Below, in pieces: positions 8,565-17,476 of a DNA stretch of 64,000 bases (its first letter is position 1; each line of letters opens with the position of its first letter). The DNA is taken from contig DASTOM010000024.1 of assembly GCA_035762545.1 (NCBI GenBank), forward strand, positions 1,007-65,006, read 5' to 3'. A model generated the notes under the pieces. The model was not told the origin of the DNA and made no database searches. It worked only from the letters and a program-made list of their open reading frames with translations. The position numbers were made by a program, and so were the translations under genes. The DNA comes from Acidimicrobiia bacterium (lineage in GTDB: Bacteria; Actinomycetota; Acidimicrobiia; Spongiisociales; ZC4RG35).

Positions 8565-11273
8565 GTGACCAGCAGAGACGAGGCACTTCGTTCCGACATC
8601 CGTCGTCTGGGCAACCAGCTCGGCGAGGCACTCGTTCGTCAGCACGGCCAGGACCTCCTCGACCTCGTGGAGGAGGTTCGCTCCCTCGGCAAGTCCGCAC
8701 GCAGGGGCGGCAGCCACGAGGCCGCCACCGATCTCAATGCATTGCTCTCCAAACTCGACGTAGAGGAAGTGATCCCGCTGGTCCGGGCCTTCACCACCTA
8801 CTTCTACCTCGCCAACGTCGCCGAACAGGTGCACCGGATCGAAGAGATGGCGAGCGACGACCGTTACCTGAGGGCGACCGTCGACAGGATCCTCGAGGCC
8901 GCACTCCCTCCCGAGCTCGTCGAAGACGTGATCGCCCGATTCGAGGTGCGTCCGGTGTTCACGGCCCACCCCACCGAGGCCGCTCGTCGCAGCATCCTCA
9001 CCAAACGAGGGTCGCTCGCCGACCTCATAACCCAGCGGTTCCAAACCGACAACCCGGACCAGATCGACCTCATCGACCGGAGATCGGCAGAGTTGATCGA
9101 TCAGATCTGGCAGACCGACGAGCTGCGGACCGAGCGGCCCACCGTCGTCGACGAGGCGCGATCGGCCCTCTACTACCTGGTGGCTCTGGCCGAGGACGTC
9201 CTCCCTGACCTGGCGGAACGTCTCGCCATCCAACTCGGCCGTCTCGCCCCGGACACTCCGGCCAGGCCGCTCCGATTCGGCACCTGGGTCGGCGGCGACC
9301 GCGACGGCAACCCCGGGGTGACCGCGGACACCACCCTGGAAGCATTGGCTCTACAACACGACCGTGGACTGACACTGCTGATCGAGCTCGTCGAGGAGCT
9401 CAGCGAGGAGCTCTCGATGTCCAGCGAGCTGACCCACCCGTCTGCCGAGCTGGAGAAGGCGCTGAAAACCGACCGTCAAGCACTGCCCGACGTCTGGCAA
9501 AGAGAGCGCGCCCGCACCGCTGAGGCGCCATACCGTCTCGAGTGCTCGTACATCCACGCCCGGCTCATCAACACCCGGGCCAGGATCAAGTCAGGTTCCG
9601 CACACGTGCCCGGGTTCGACTACTCCCGCCCCCAGGAGCTGATCGAGGACCTCGATCTCATGGGCGAGTCCCTCCGGCACTCCCGCGGGGAGCTGATCGC
9701 CTCTGGCTCGCTGGCGAAGGTGCGGCGGGCGGCCGAGATGCTCGGCTTCCAGATGGCGGTACTCGACATCAGACAGCACTCCGCCAAGCACACCACAGCC
9801 GTCGACGAGTTGTTCGCCGCGGTCGGCACCGACGTCTCCGGGCTGAACGAGGCGGACCGCTTCAAGCTCCTGACGTCCGAACTGAACGAACCTCGCCCGT
9901 TGTCGGGCCCAACCACGGCGCTGAGCGACGACAACTCCGAGACCCTGGCCACGTTCCGGTCGATTCGAGAGGCACACGAGCGGTACGGGGAGCAGGTGAT
10001 CGAGAGCTACATCATCTCGATGACCGAGTCACCGGCCCACGTGCTCGAGGCGGCAGTGCTGGCCCGGGAGGCCGGATTGGTCGACATCGGGCGGGGCATC
10101 GCCAACATCGGGTTCGTCCCGCTGGTCGAGACGATCGATGACTTGCGGCGGTCGGGCGACCTGCTCGACACCCTCCTCACCGACTCCAACTATCGGCGTC
10201 TCGTCTCCCTGAGAGGGGATCTGCAGGAGGTGATGCTCGGCTACTCGGACTCGAACAAGGTGGGTGGCATCACCGCCTCTCAGTGGGAGATCTACAAGGC
10301 GCAGAGGGTCATGCGAAACATCGCGGAGAGACACGGCGTGAAGCTCCGTCTCTTTCACGGCCGGGGCGGGACGATCGGACGGGGAGGCGGGCCCACCCAC
10401 GCTGCCATCCTGGCCCAGCCATTCGGGACCGTCGACGGCACCATCAAGATCACCGAACAAGGCGAGGTGATCTCGGAGAAGTACGGCAACCCCGAGATCG
10501 CCGCTCGCAACCTCGAGCTCATGGTGGCCTCCGTGCTGGAGAGTTCCTTGCTTCATCGCCAGTCCCGACGGTCCAGGGACACTCTCGACCGTTGGACAGA
10601 GGCGATGGACAGCTTTGCCGACGAGGCATACGACGCCTACAAGCACCTGACGGACCATCCGAGCCTGGTCCCGTACTTCCTCTCCTCGACCCCTGTCGAG
10701 GAGCTGGGGAAGATGAACATCGGAAGCCGCCCATCGCGCCGTCCTGGAGCGCTCGGGGGCGTCGAAGACCTGAGAGCGATCCCGTGGGTCTTCGGCTGGA
10801 CCCAGACCCGTCAAATCGTTCCGGGGTGGTTCGGGGTCGGTTCCGGACTGCGACGGGCCCGCGAGGCCGGCTTCGGCGAAGACCTGGAGGAGATGACGTC
10901 GGACTGGAGCTTCATGCAGACGTTCCTCTCCAACGTGGAGATGACACTGTTCAAGACCGATCTCGACATCTCGGCCTCCTACGTCAACGAGCTGGTCGCC
11001 CCCGAGCACCGAAGCCTGCTCGAGGTGATCCGTGAGGAGTACGAGGTCACCAAGCACGAGGTGCTCGCATTGCGTGGCGCCGCGGAGATCCTCGAGGACT
11101 CGCCGCTGCTGCAACGAACACTCGGGGTCAGAGACATCTACCTCGACCCGATCAATTATCTCCAGGTCTCGCTACTGGCCCGGAGTCGGGCCGGTGAGGA
11201 GTCTCCAGAGCTGGACCGAGCTTTGCTGCTCACCGTGAACGGCATCGCGGCCGGAATGCGGAACACGGGTTAG
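8565..11273 (+). CDS. ppc: phosphoenolpyruvate carboxylase
   Basis: 902 aa. VFTAHPTEAARRS, GYSDSNKVGG, FHGRGGTIGRGGGP, C-terminal GMRNTG. Confidence 0.97.
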   Translation: MTSRDEALRSDIRRLGNQLGEALVRQHGQDLLDLVEEVRSLGKSARRGGSHEAATDLNALLSKLDVEEVIPLVRAFTTYFYLANVAEQVHRIEEMASDDRYLRATVDRILEAALPPELVEDVIARFEVRPVFTAHPTEAARRSILTKRGSLADLITQRFQTDNPDQIDLIDRRSAELIDQIWQTDELRTERPTVVDEARSALYYLVALAEDVLPDLAERLAIQLGRLAPDTPARPLRFGTWVGGDRDGNPGVTADTTLEALALQHDRGLTLLIELVEELSEELSMSSELTHPSAELEKALKTDRQALPDVWQRERARTAEAPYRLECSYIHARLINTRARIKSGSAHVPGFDYSRPQELIEDLDLMGESLRHSRGELIASGSLAKVRRAAEMLGFQMAVLDIRQHSAKHTTAVDELFAAVGTDVSGLNEADRFKLLTSELNEPRPLSGPTTALSDDNSETLATFRSIREAHERYGEQVIESYIISMTESPAHVLEAAVLAREAGLVDIGRGIANIGFVPLVETIDDLRRSGDLLDTLLTDSNYRRLVSLRGDLQEVMLGYSDSNKVGGITASQWEIYKAQRVMRNIAERHGVKLRLFHGRGGTIGRGGGPTHAAILAQPFGTVDGTIKITEQGEVISEKYGNPEIAARNLELMVASVLESSLLHRQSRRSRDTLDRWTEAMDSFADEAYDAYKHLTDHPSLVPYFLSSTPVEELGKMNIGSRPSRRPGALGGVEDLRAIPWVFGWTQTRQIVPGWFGVGSGLRRAREAGFGEDLEEMTSDWSFMQTFLSNVEMTLFKTDLDISASYVNELVAPEHRSLLEVIREEYEVTKHEVLALRGAAEILEDSPLLQRTLGVRDIYLDPINYLQVSLLARSRAGEESPELDRALLLTVNGIAAGMRNTG

Positions 11274-12049
11274 GCCAGGGCCTCCAACAACACCTGATTG
11301 AACCTGCCCGGGTGTTCCATCGGGACACCGTGATGGGCGTCCGCGATGATCACTGACCGGGCTGTCGGCATCGCTTCGAGGTATGGCTTCTTGTCTTCCG
11401 GGGGGATGTAGTCGAGGTCGGAACTGATGACTGTTATCGGCACATTCGTCTCAGCCATGGCTGCGGCCACGCCCTCCCATTCGAGGATGGCCTGAAACGT
11501 GGCCTCGTAGGCGCCCTTGTCGTTGCGGGACCAGCGATGCACCATCTTTGCGCGCTGTTCACCCATCTCCGGGGCGGGGAAGAGACGTTTGCTCAGCACG
11601 TTGCCGATCTTCTCCATGGACAGGCGTCGTGTGATCACCTTCCGGATGGCGAGTTGGATTCTCTGACTGATGCGGGTCGTCTCGAACGCAGGCAGCGCGT
11701 TGATCACGACGAGCCGGGAGACGAGATCGGGTCGATCGGCGGCAATTTGGAAGGCGACCATCCCGCCGAGGGAGATGCCCACCAGGATCGCCGGGGAAAG
11801 GCCGAGAGTCTCGATCAAGGCGACGATGTCGCCGCTGAGTTGGGTGACGCGGTAGGGACCTGCCGGTTTGGCGGTCTGCCCATGGCCGCGGAAGTCGGGC
11901 ACGACCAGGTCGTATCCCGTCTCGAGCACCGGGGTCTGGTACTCCCAATCCTCCGAGGACGACCCGAGGCCGTGGAGCAACACGAGAGGTGGGCCACTCC
12001 CCGACCGCTCGTAGTGGAGCGTGATGTCGTTCAGAGTGACCTCGGGCAT
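11270..12049 (-). CDS. alpha/beta hydrolase
   Basis: LLHGLGSSSEDW, nucleophile elbow GISLGG, C-terminal ADAHHGVPMEHP. Confidence 0.8.
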   Translation of the reverse strand: MPEVTLNDITLHYERSGSGPPLVLLHGLGSSSEDWEYQTPVLETGYDLVVPDFRGHGQTAKPAGPYRVTQLSGDIVALIETLGLSPAILVGISLGGMVAFQIAADRPDLVSRLVVINALPAFETTRISQRIQLAIRKVITRRLSMEKIGNVLSKRLFPAPEMGEQRAKMVHRWSRNDKGAYEATFQAILEWEGVAAAMAETNVPITVISSDLDYIPPEDKKPYLEAMPTARSVIIADAHHGVPMEHPGRFNQVLLEALA

Positions 12050-12072
12050 GGCAGCACCGTAACCTCGGGCAC

Positions 12073-12693
12073 ATGCCGATCACCATCCTCGATCACCCTC
12101 TGGCCGCCGACCTGCTGACGATCCTCCGGGACAAGGACACCGAGCCGCCCCAATTCCGGCAGATCGCCGAGCGGCTCGGGTACCTCCTCGTGGCCGAGGC
12201 ACTGTCCGACATGTCCGTCGACACGGTCGAGATCGAGACCCCGTTGGAGAAGACGCAGGGAATCCAGTTGCACCGCCCCGTGGTCGCCGTCGCCGTGCTC
12301 CGCGCCGGGCTGGGACTGCTCCACTCCGTCCTCACCCTGGTTCCCGATGCCGCGATCGGGTTCGCCGGCGTGCAGCGAAACGAGGAAACCGCCGAGCCGA
12401 TGGAGTACTACACCAAGTTCCCGACCCTCGACTCCGCCCGTGTGCTCATACTCGAGCCGATGCTCGCCACCGGCGGATCGCTTTCGTGGGCGATCGAGAA
12501 GGTCAAGGAGAACGGCGCAAGGGACATAGTGGCCTGTTGTGTGGTCGCCGCTCCCGAGGGGGTGACGGTGATCGAGCGTGACCATCCTGACGTCAGGATC
12601 GTGGCGGCCGCCCTCGACCGCGAGCTGAACCCGCACTTCTACATCGCGCCGGGCCTGGGCGACATGGGAGACAGGCTCTTCGGGACCCTATGA
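12073..12693 (+). CDS. upp: uracil phosphoribosyltransferase
   Basis: 206 aa. HPLAADLLTILRDKDT, PRPP loop LILEPMLATGGS, YIAPGLGDMGDRLFGT. Confidence 0.93.
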   Translation: MPITILDHPLAADLLTILRDKDTEPPQFRQIAERLGYLLVAEALSDMSVDTVEIETPLEKTQGIQLHRPVVAVAVLRAGLGLLHSVLTLVPDAAIGFAGVQRNEETAEPMEYYTKFPTLDSARVLILEPMLATGGSLSWAIEKVKENGARDIVACCVVAAPEGVTVIERDHPDVRIVAAALDRELNPHFYIAPGLGDMGDRLFGTL

Positions 12694-12953
12694 CCGACTT
12701 CGCCGAGGAGGTGACGAGGGTCATCGCCTCGCTGGAGCCAGGCGATGTGATCACCTACGGCGAGGTGGCTGCCGAGGCCGGCTACCCGGGTGCTGCTCGG
12801 GCCGTGGGCACCCTATTGCGGAACTCCGAGGGTCTTCCCTGGTGGCGGGTGGTGGGTGCGGGTGGACGGATCCGCACCCCGGATCCGTCACGCCAGATCA
12901 AGCTCCTCACCGACGAGGGTGTGCTCGTCGTCAACGAGCGGGTGGTGGGATAG
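12690..12953 (+). CDS. alkyltransferase-like (ATL) protein, MGMT DNA-binding domain without the acceptor cysteine
   Basis: ITYGEVAAEAGYPGAARAVGTLL...LPWWRVVGAGGRI. Trp replaces Cys of the PCHRV motif. Start overlaps the upp stop by 4 nt. Confidence 0.8.
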   Translation: MTDFAEEVTRVIASLEPGDVITYGEVAAEAGYPGAARAVGTLLRNSEGLPWWRVVGAGGRIRTPDPSRQIKLLTDEGVLVVNERVVG

Positions 12954-12975
12954 TCAGCTCTTAGGATCCGAATTG

Positions 12976-13419
12976 ATGCTCTCTTTCGATGGTGACAGTC
13001 GGCAGACAACTCGACATTGCCCGGATTGCGGACAATCACACGAGTCTGTCACCGGTTTCGTGCTCAAAGAAGACTCGGCCTACGCCGTGTACTACGTCGA
13101 CTGGTACCCCCACTCGAATGAGGCCTACGTCGACGCAATCCTCGGGTCATGGGATGGACCGGGATACGACGACAACGTGACGTTCGGGTGCCGTCTCGGC
13201 GAAGTCGAGGGGTACGCCGGTCCACAGGCCTCTTTGGTCACCGGCGGCGCCCAAAGAGGTGACAAGCCGATAATGGGCACGAAACTGGAACGGGACGACG
13301 CTCTCCGGCACCCGTTGGTCGCGGAGTTCTGGGAGTTGGTCGACTGGCTGATCGTGAATGACTCCCTACTGCACGAGAGGGTCTATCACATGGACGGGAC
13401 AGCCGGCTCGACCGACTGA
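12976..13419 (+). CDS. hypothetical protein
   Basis: Internal ATG of track ORF 12790..13419: MLSFDGDSRQTTRHCPDCGQSHESVTGFVLKEDSAYAVYYVDWYPH... Codon usage looks coding. No family recognised. Confidence 0.5.
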   Translation: MLSFDGDSRQTTRHCPDCGQSHESVTGFVLKEDSAYAVYYVDWYPHSNEAYVDAILGSWDGPGYDDNVTFGCRLGEVEGYAGPQASLVTGGAQRGDKPIMGTKLERDDALRHPLVAEFWELVDWLIVNDSLLHERVYHMDGTAGSTD

Positions 13420-13420
13420 C

Positions 13421-14839
13421 TCAAATCTCGATCGCCGCTTTGGCGGCCTCGGTGAGAACCGCAACCGCCCGATCGACGTCTTCCTCGTCGGTGGCCCAGT
13501 CGGATACCGAGATGCGCATGAGACGCATCCCGTGCCAGGTAGTGCCGCTGAAGAAGACCGAGCCGTCCTCCTGAATCAGCTCGATCACACGATCGTTGAA
13601 GGCGTCGTGATCCCCGGCCGGGTCCAACCAACGCACCAGGACCTGGTTGAACGTCACTTCGTTCTGGATCTCGGCGAGTCCGGTCTCGGAGATCTTCTCG
13701 GCGAAGAGCCGAGCCATGGCACACGTATGGTCGACGAGTTCGGCCACACCCTTTCGGCCGAGGGACTTGAGAGTGGCGAAGACGGCGAATCCCCTGCCGC
13801 GACGGGAATGCTCCGGGTTCCAATCGAGCGGGTCACGGGTGTCCCCGACCCCCTGGACGAGATACGACGCCTGACTGCTCATGGCCGCCCGGTGTGGCGC
13901 CTGGTGGGCAGTGATGGCGATACCCGAGTCGTAGCCGACGTTGAGGAGTTTGTGGGCGTCGGTCGACCAAGAGTCACACCGGTCGATGCCGGCCAGGACG
14001 TCACCGAAGGCCGGGGAGGCGAGGGCGAAGAGACCCACCGCTCCGTCTACATGGACCCAGGCAGGGTTCCCCCGCGCTCTGTGCTCGTCGACGACGTTCA
14101 CGATCTCGTCGTAGCGGTCCATCGATCCGGTGTTGATGTTGACCACCTCGATGTTGACGATGGTGGGCCCTTCGGTCCGGCTCAGGGCCTCACGGAGGGC
14201 CTCCACATCCATACGCGACATCTCGTCGCATGCGACGGGGATCGCACTGGAGTCTCCGAGCCCGAGAAACCGAAGGGCCCGGTTCACCGTGGCATGCCCA
14301 TCCGCCTTGACCAGGGTCGTGATTCGAGGAGCCCCCTGGAGACCATCTGTCTCGACGTTCCACCCAACCTCACGGACCACATGGTCCCTGGCGGCAGCGA
14401 GACAGGTGAAGGTCGCCATCTGGCCCCCGGTGACGAATCCGACCGCACTGTCCCTCGGGAGGTTCAAGAGATCGAGCAACCACGCCGCTGCTGCTTCCTC
14501 GACCAGAGACGCCCCCGGGGTCACGGTGTAAAGACCGACGTTCTGATCCCATGTCGCCGCCAGCAGGTCGGCGCCGAAGCTGGCAGGGTGGAGACCCCCG
14601 ATGACGAATCCGAAATAGCGACCGGTGGCGTGTCCGACGACATAAGGGTCCATCAGCTCGGCCAACTCGGAGACCACCTCCTCAGCGGGGGTGCCCTCGT
14701 CGGGCATTTCGCCCAGTGCCGCCCGGAACTGGTCGACGTCGGGCCGTCGATAGACATGACGTTCGGGGAGGGACGCCAGATACTCGGAGGCGTGCGTCAT
14801 CGCAGCATCGATCACCTTGTCCCAGTCAGACCGCCGCAT
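13421..14839 (-). CDS. pyridoxal-phosphate-dependent decarboxylase (group II, aspartate aminotransferase fold)
   Basis: 472 aa. PLP-lysine motif SWSTDAHKLLNVGYDSG. GGQMATFTCLAAAR. Confidence 0.8.
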   Translation of the reverse strand: MRRSDWDKVIDAAMTHASEYLASLPERHVYRRPDVDQFRAALGEMPDEGTPAEEVVSELAELMDPYVVGHATGRYFGFVIGGLHPASFGADLLAATWDQNVGLYTVTPGASLVEEAAAAWLLDLLNLPRDSAVGFVTGGQMATFTCLAAARDHVVREVGWNVETDGLQGAPRITTLVKADGHATVNRALRFLGLGDSSAIPVACDEMSRMDVEALREALSRTEGPTIVNIEVVNINTGSMDRYDEIVNVVDEHRARGNPAWVHVDGAVGLFALASPAFGDVLAGIDRCDSWSTDAHKLLNVGYDSGIAITAHQAPHRAAMSSQASYLVQGVGDTRDPLDWNPEHSRRGRGFAVFATLKSLGRKGVAELVDHTCAMARLFAEKISETGLAEIQNEVTFNQVLVRWLDPAGDHDAFNDRVIELIQEDGSVFFSGTTWHGMRLMRISVSDWATDEEDVDRAVAVLTEAAKAAIEI

Positions 14840-15046
14840 TCGGTCGAACTTAGCCGTGTTCTCGGGGATCGCCGAGAGGAAGTGGCTACGAGCCTTCGAC
14901 CCACACGACGCAGCTGAGGGTCGCTCCTTCGTGATGAGCCGTGACTTACCAACACCCTCCTCGGGGACCTGGACCCCGACAATGATGAAGACCCCGATGT
15001 CCCCACGTTCCTACCGGTGGCTGTAGCAGCGGAGCGGTCGAGGTTT

Positions 15047-15081
15047 GGGCTGTAGACCTCGCTGAGCGACGTCTACAGCCC
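15047..15081. promoter_or_regulatory. perfect 11-bp inverted repeat (GGGCTGTAGAC-N13-GTCTACAGCCC) upstream of the arg operon
   Basis: Read directly. It lies between divergent genes, so it is not a terminator. About 25 nt upstream of a TTGACC(15108)-18-GACACT(15132) promoter-like pair. Confidence 0.45.
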
Positions 15082-15120
15082 TGGGCCGCGGGTAAAGGCG
15101 CGAAAACTTGACCAAACCCC

Positions 15121-16146
15121 CTGGTCGGCACGACACTTGAAGCGATCAGGCACTTCCTCAACACCTTCGACTGGTCACGACCCGATCTCGACGCACTGCT
15201 CGCCGAAGCACGCGCCTTTCGCGACAACCCGAGGACGTCTGATCTCGAGGGCAAGACCATCGCCCTCCTCTTTCTCAACAACTCGCTTCGCACCAGAACG
15301 TCGTTCGAGGTCGGGGCCTTCCACCTCGGAGGCCACGCCGTCGTTCTCACCCCTTCGGGTGGCATGTGGCCCCTCGAGTTCCAGAAGGACGCCATCATGC
15401 TCGGGGACGCCGAGGAGCACGCCAAAGAGGCCGCCAAGGTGCTCTCTCGCTACTGCGACCTCATCGGGATCAGGGCTTTCCCCAAGTTCGAGAACTGGGA
15501 GGAAGACCGAAAGGACATGATCCTGAACGCCTTCGCCGAGCACGCCGAGGTGCCCATCATCAACATGGAGACCATCACCCACCCTTGCCAGGAGTTGGCG
15601 ATGGCCATGGCCATGCAGGACCGCATGGGCGATCTCGAGGGGAAGAAGTTCCTCCTCACCTGGAGCTACCACCCCAAGCCACTCAACACCGCGGTGGCCA
15701 ACTCCGCGCTCGTCGCCGCCGCCAAGTTCGGGATGGACGTGACTCTGCTCTGCCCCACCGAGGAGTACGAGCTCGACCAGCGCTACCTCGACATCGCCGA
15801 GGCCGACGCCAAGGCCAACCGTAAGAAGATCACGATCTCACACGACATCGACTCGGCATACGACGGAGCAGACTTCGTCTACGCCAAGAGTTGGGGCGCC
15901 CTCCCCTACTTCGGACGCTGGCACGACGAGAAGCCGATCCGCGACCGCTTCAAGCACTTCATCGTCGACGAGGCGAAGATGGCCAGGACCGATGGTGCCC
16001 TGGTGAGCCACTGTCTGCCCATGCGACGCAACGTGATCATGAGCGACGGTGTCTTCGACTCACCCGCTTGTATCGCCTACGACGAGGCCGAGAACCGTTT
16101 GCACGTCCAGAAGGCGATCATGAAGGCCCTCGCCTCCGGAGACTGA
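15121..16146 (+). CDS. argF': N-acetylornithine carbamoyltransferase (ArgF' family)
   Basis: HFLNTFDWSRPDLDALL, SLRTRTSFE, ETITHPCQELA, TWSYHPKPLNTAVANS, AKSWGALPYFG, HCLPMRRN, AENRLHVQKAIM closely follow my recollection of the Xanthomonas AOTCase. The track ORF (15364) lacks the carbamoyl-phosphate site. The only in-frame start candidate after the stop at 15109 is CTG 15121, so the start is uncertain. Confidence 0.85.
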   Translation: MVGTTLEAIRHFLNTFDWSRPDLDALLAEARAFRDNPRTSDLEGKTIALLFLNNSLRTRTSFEVGAFHLGGHAVVLTPSGGMWPLEFQKDAIMLGDAEEHAKEAAKVLSRYCDLIGIRAFPKFENWEEDRKDMILNAFAEHAEVPIINMETITHPCQELAMAMAMQDRMGDLEGKKFLLTWSYHPKPLNTAVANSALVAAAKFGMDVTLLCPTEEYELDQRYLDIAEADAKANRKKITISHDIDSAYDGADFVYAKSWGALPYFGRWHDEKPIRDRFKHFIVDEAKMARTDGALVSHCLPMRRNVIMSDGVFDSPACIAYDEAENRLHVQKAIMKALASGD

Positions 16147-16147
16147 C

Positions 16148-17476
16148 ATGGCACCAACCAAGGACACCCGCCAGACCATCGTCCAGTTGCTCTCCAACGT
16201 CAGCGACGGCAAGGAGATCCACACCTATCTCCAGCGGTTCTCCGAGCTGGAGCGCACCCGTTTCGCCGTGATCAAGATCGGCGGGGCGATCCTGAGGGAC
16301 AGACTCGACGAGACCGCGGCTTCTCTGGCCCTGCTCCACACGGTGGGTCTCACACCGATCGTGATCCACGGCGGGGGACCCCAACTCGACGAGAGGCTCG
16401 CCACCGACGGCGTCGCCACGGAGAAGGTCGACGGGCTCCGGGTAACCACTGCCCCGGTCCTAGACGCGGCTCGCGACGTCTTCACCGAGCAGAACATCGA
16501 GCTGGTCGAGGCGATCCGTGCCCAGGGGGTAGACGCACACGGGCTCACGCAAGGCGTCTTCGACGCCGATCTCGTCGACCGCGACAGGTATGGGCTGGTA
16601 GGTGAGCCGACATCTGTCCACGTCGACCTGCTCCGATCGATAGTGAAGTCTGGAGCCATCCCGATCCTCACATGTCTCGGTGTGGCGTCCGGCGGTCAGA
16701 TGGTCAATATCAACGCCGATGCGGCGACACGCATCCTCGTCCACGAGGTGCAGCCGATGAAGATCATCTTCCTGTCCGACACCGGGGGGCTGCTCGACGG
16801 CGAAGGCAACGTCATCGACTCCATCAACCTCGCCACGGACTACGAGGAGCTGATGGCAGCCGACTGGGTCCATTCCGGAATGCGTCTCAAGCTGGCCGAG
16901 ATCAACCGGCTGCTCGAAGACGCCCCACTGACGACGTCAGTATCGATCACCACGCCGTCCGCGCTCGCCCGGGAGCTGTTCACTCACGGCGGGGCGGGAA
17001 CCCTGGTCCGAATGGGTGAGGCGATCAATCGCATAGACGAGAAGAACGTGATCGACAGAGACCGACTCGTCGCTCTCATCGAGAACGCATTCGGGGAGCC
17101 ACTCGTCGCCGGCTGGTGGGAGGAGGTCGACCTGATCAGCGCCTATGTCTCCGAGAGCTATCGAGCGGCGGCCGTCGTCGCCGAGCTCGACGAATTCGTC
17201 TACCTCGACAAGTTCGCCATCGACGAGACCGCCAGGGGCGAGGGTCTGGCCCGAACGGTCTGGGACCACATGATCAGGGACCATCCGAGCCTGGTCTGGA
17301 GATCCCGAGCCGACAACGCCTTCAACGCGTTCTACGACAAGGAGTGCGACGGCTCGATGAAGGTGGACCGTTGGACGATCTATTGGAAAGGCGTTTCGGA
17401 TTTCGAGATAATCGGCAGAGCCGTGAAACGACTCGCCGAAATGCCTGCCTCATTCGAGAGGAATCACGATGCCTGA
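16148..17476 (+). CDS. bifunctional N-acetylglutamate synthase/kinase (vertebrate-like NAGS/K type)
   Basis: 442 aa. N-terminal amino-acid-kinase domain (FAVIKIGGAIL, IVIHGGGPQL, NINADAA) fused to a C-terminal GNAT-like domain (YLDKFAIDETARGEGLARTVW). Confidence 0.8.
   Translation: MAPTKDTRQTIVQLLSNVSDGKEIHTYLQRFSELERTRFAVIKIGGAILRDRLDETAASLALLHTVGLTPIVIHGGGPQLDERLATDGVATEKVDGLRVTTAPVLDAARDVFTEQNIELVEAIRAQGVDAHGLTQGVFDADLVDRDRYGLVGEPTSVHVDLLRSIVKSGAIPILTCLGVASGGQMVNINADAATRILVHEVQPMKIIFLSDTGGLLDGEGNVIDSINLATDYEELMAADWVHSGMRLKLAEINRLLEDAPLTTSVSITTPSALARELFTHGGAGTLVRMGEAINRIDEKNVIDRDRLVALIENAFGEPLVAGWWEEVDLISAYVSESYRAAAVVAELDEFVYLDKFAIDETARGEGLARTVWDHMIRDHPSLVWRSRADNAFNAFYDKECDGSMKVDRWTIYWKGVSDFEIIGRAVKRLAEMPASFERNHDA

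Noticed and set aside
7143-9233. 696-aa minus-strand ORF. Similar long antisense ORFs include 32012..33232(+), 28069..29256(+), 19427..20965(+), 10029..11114(-), 13358..14917(+), 60651..62072(+) and 34499..35827(+).
   Set aside because: They lie antisense to genes with unmistakable homology (LCP/ppc, smc, gltB, tricorn, decarboxylase, gdh). They have Arg/Gly/Pro/Asp-rich compositions typical of high-GC shadow frames.
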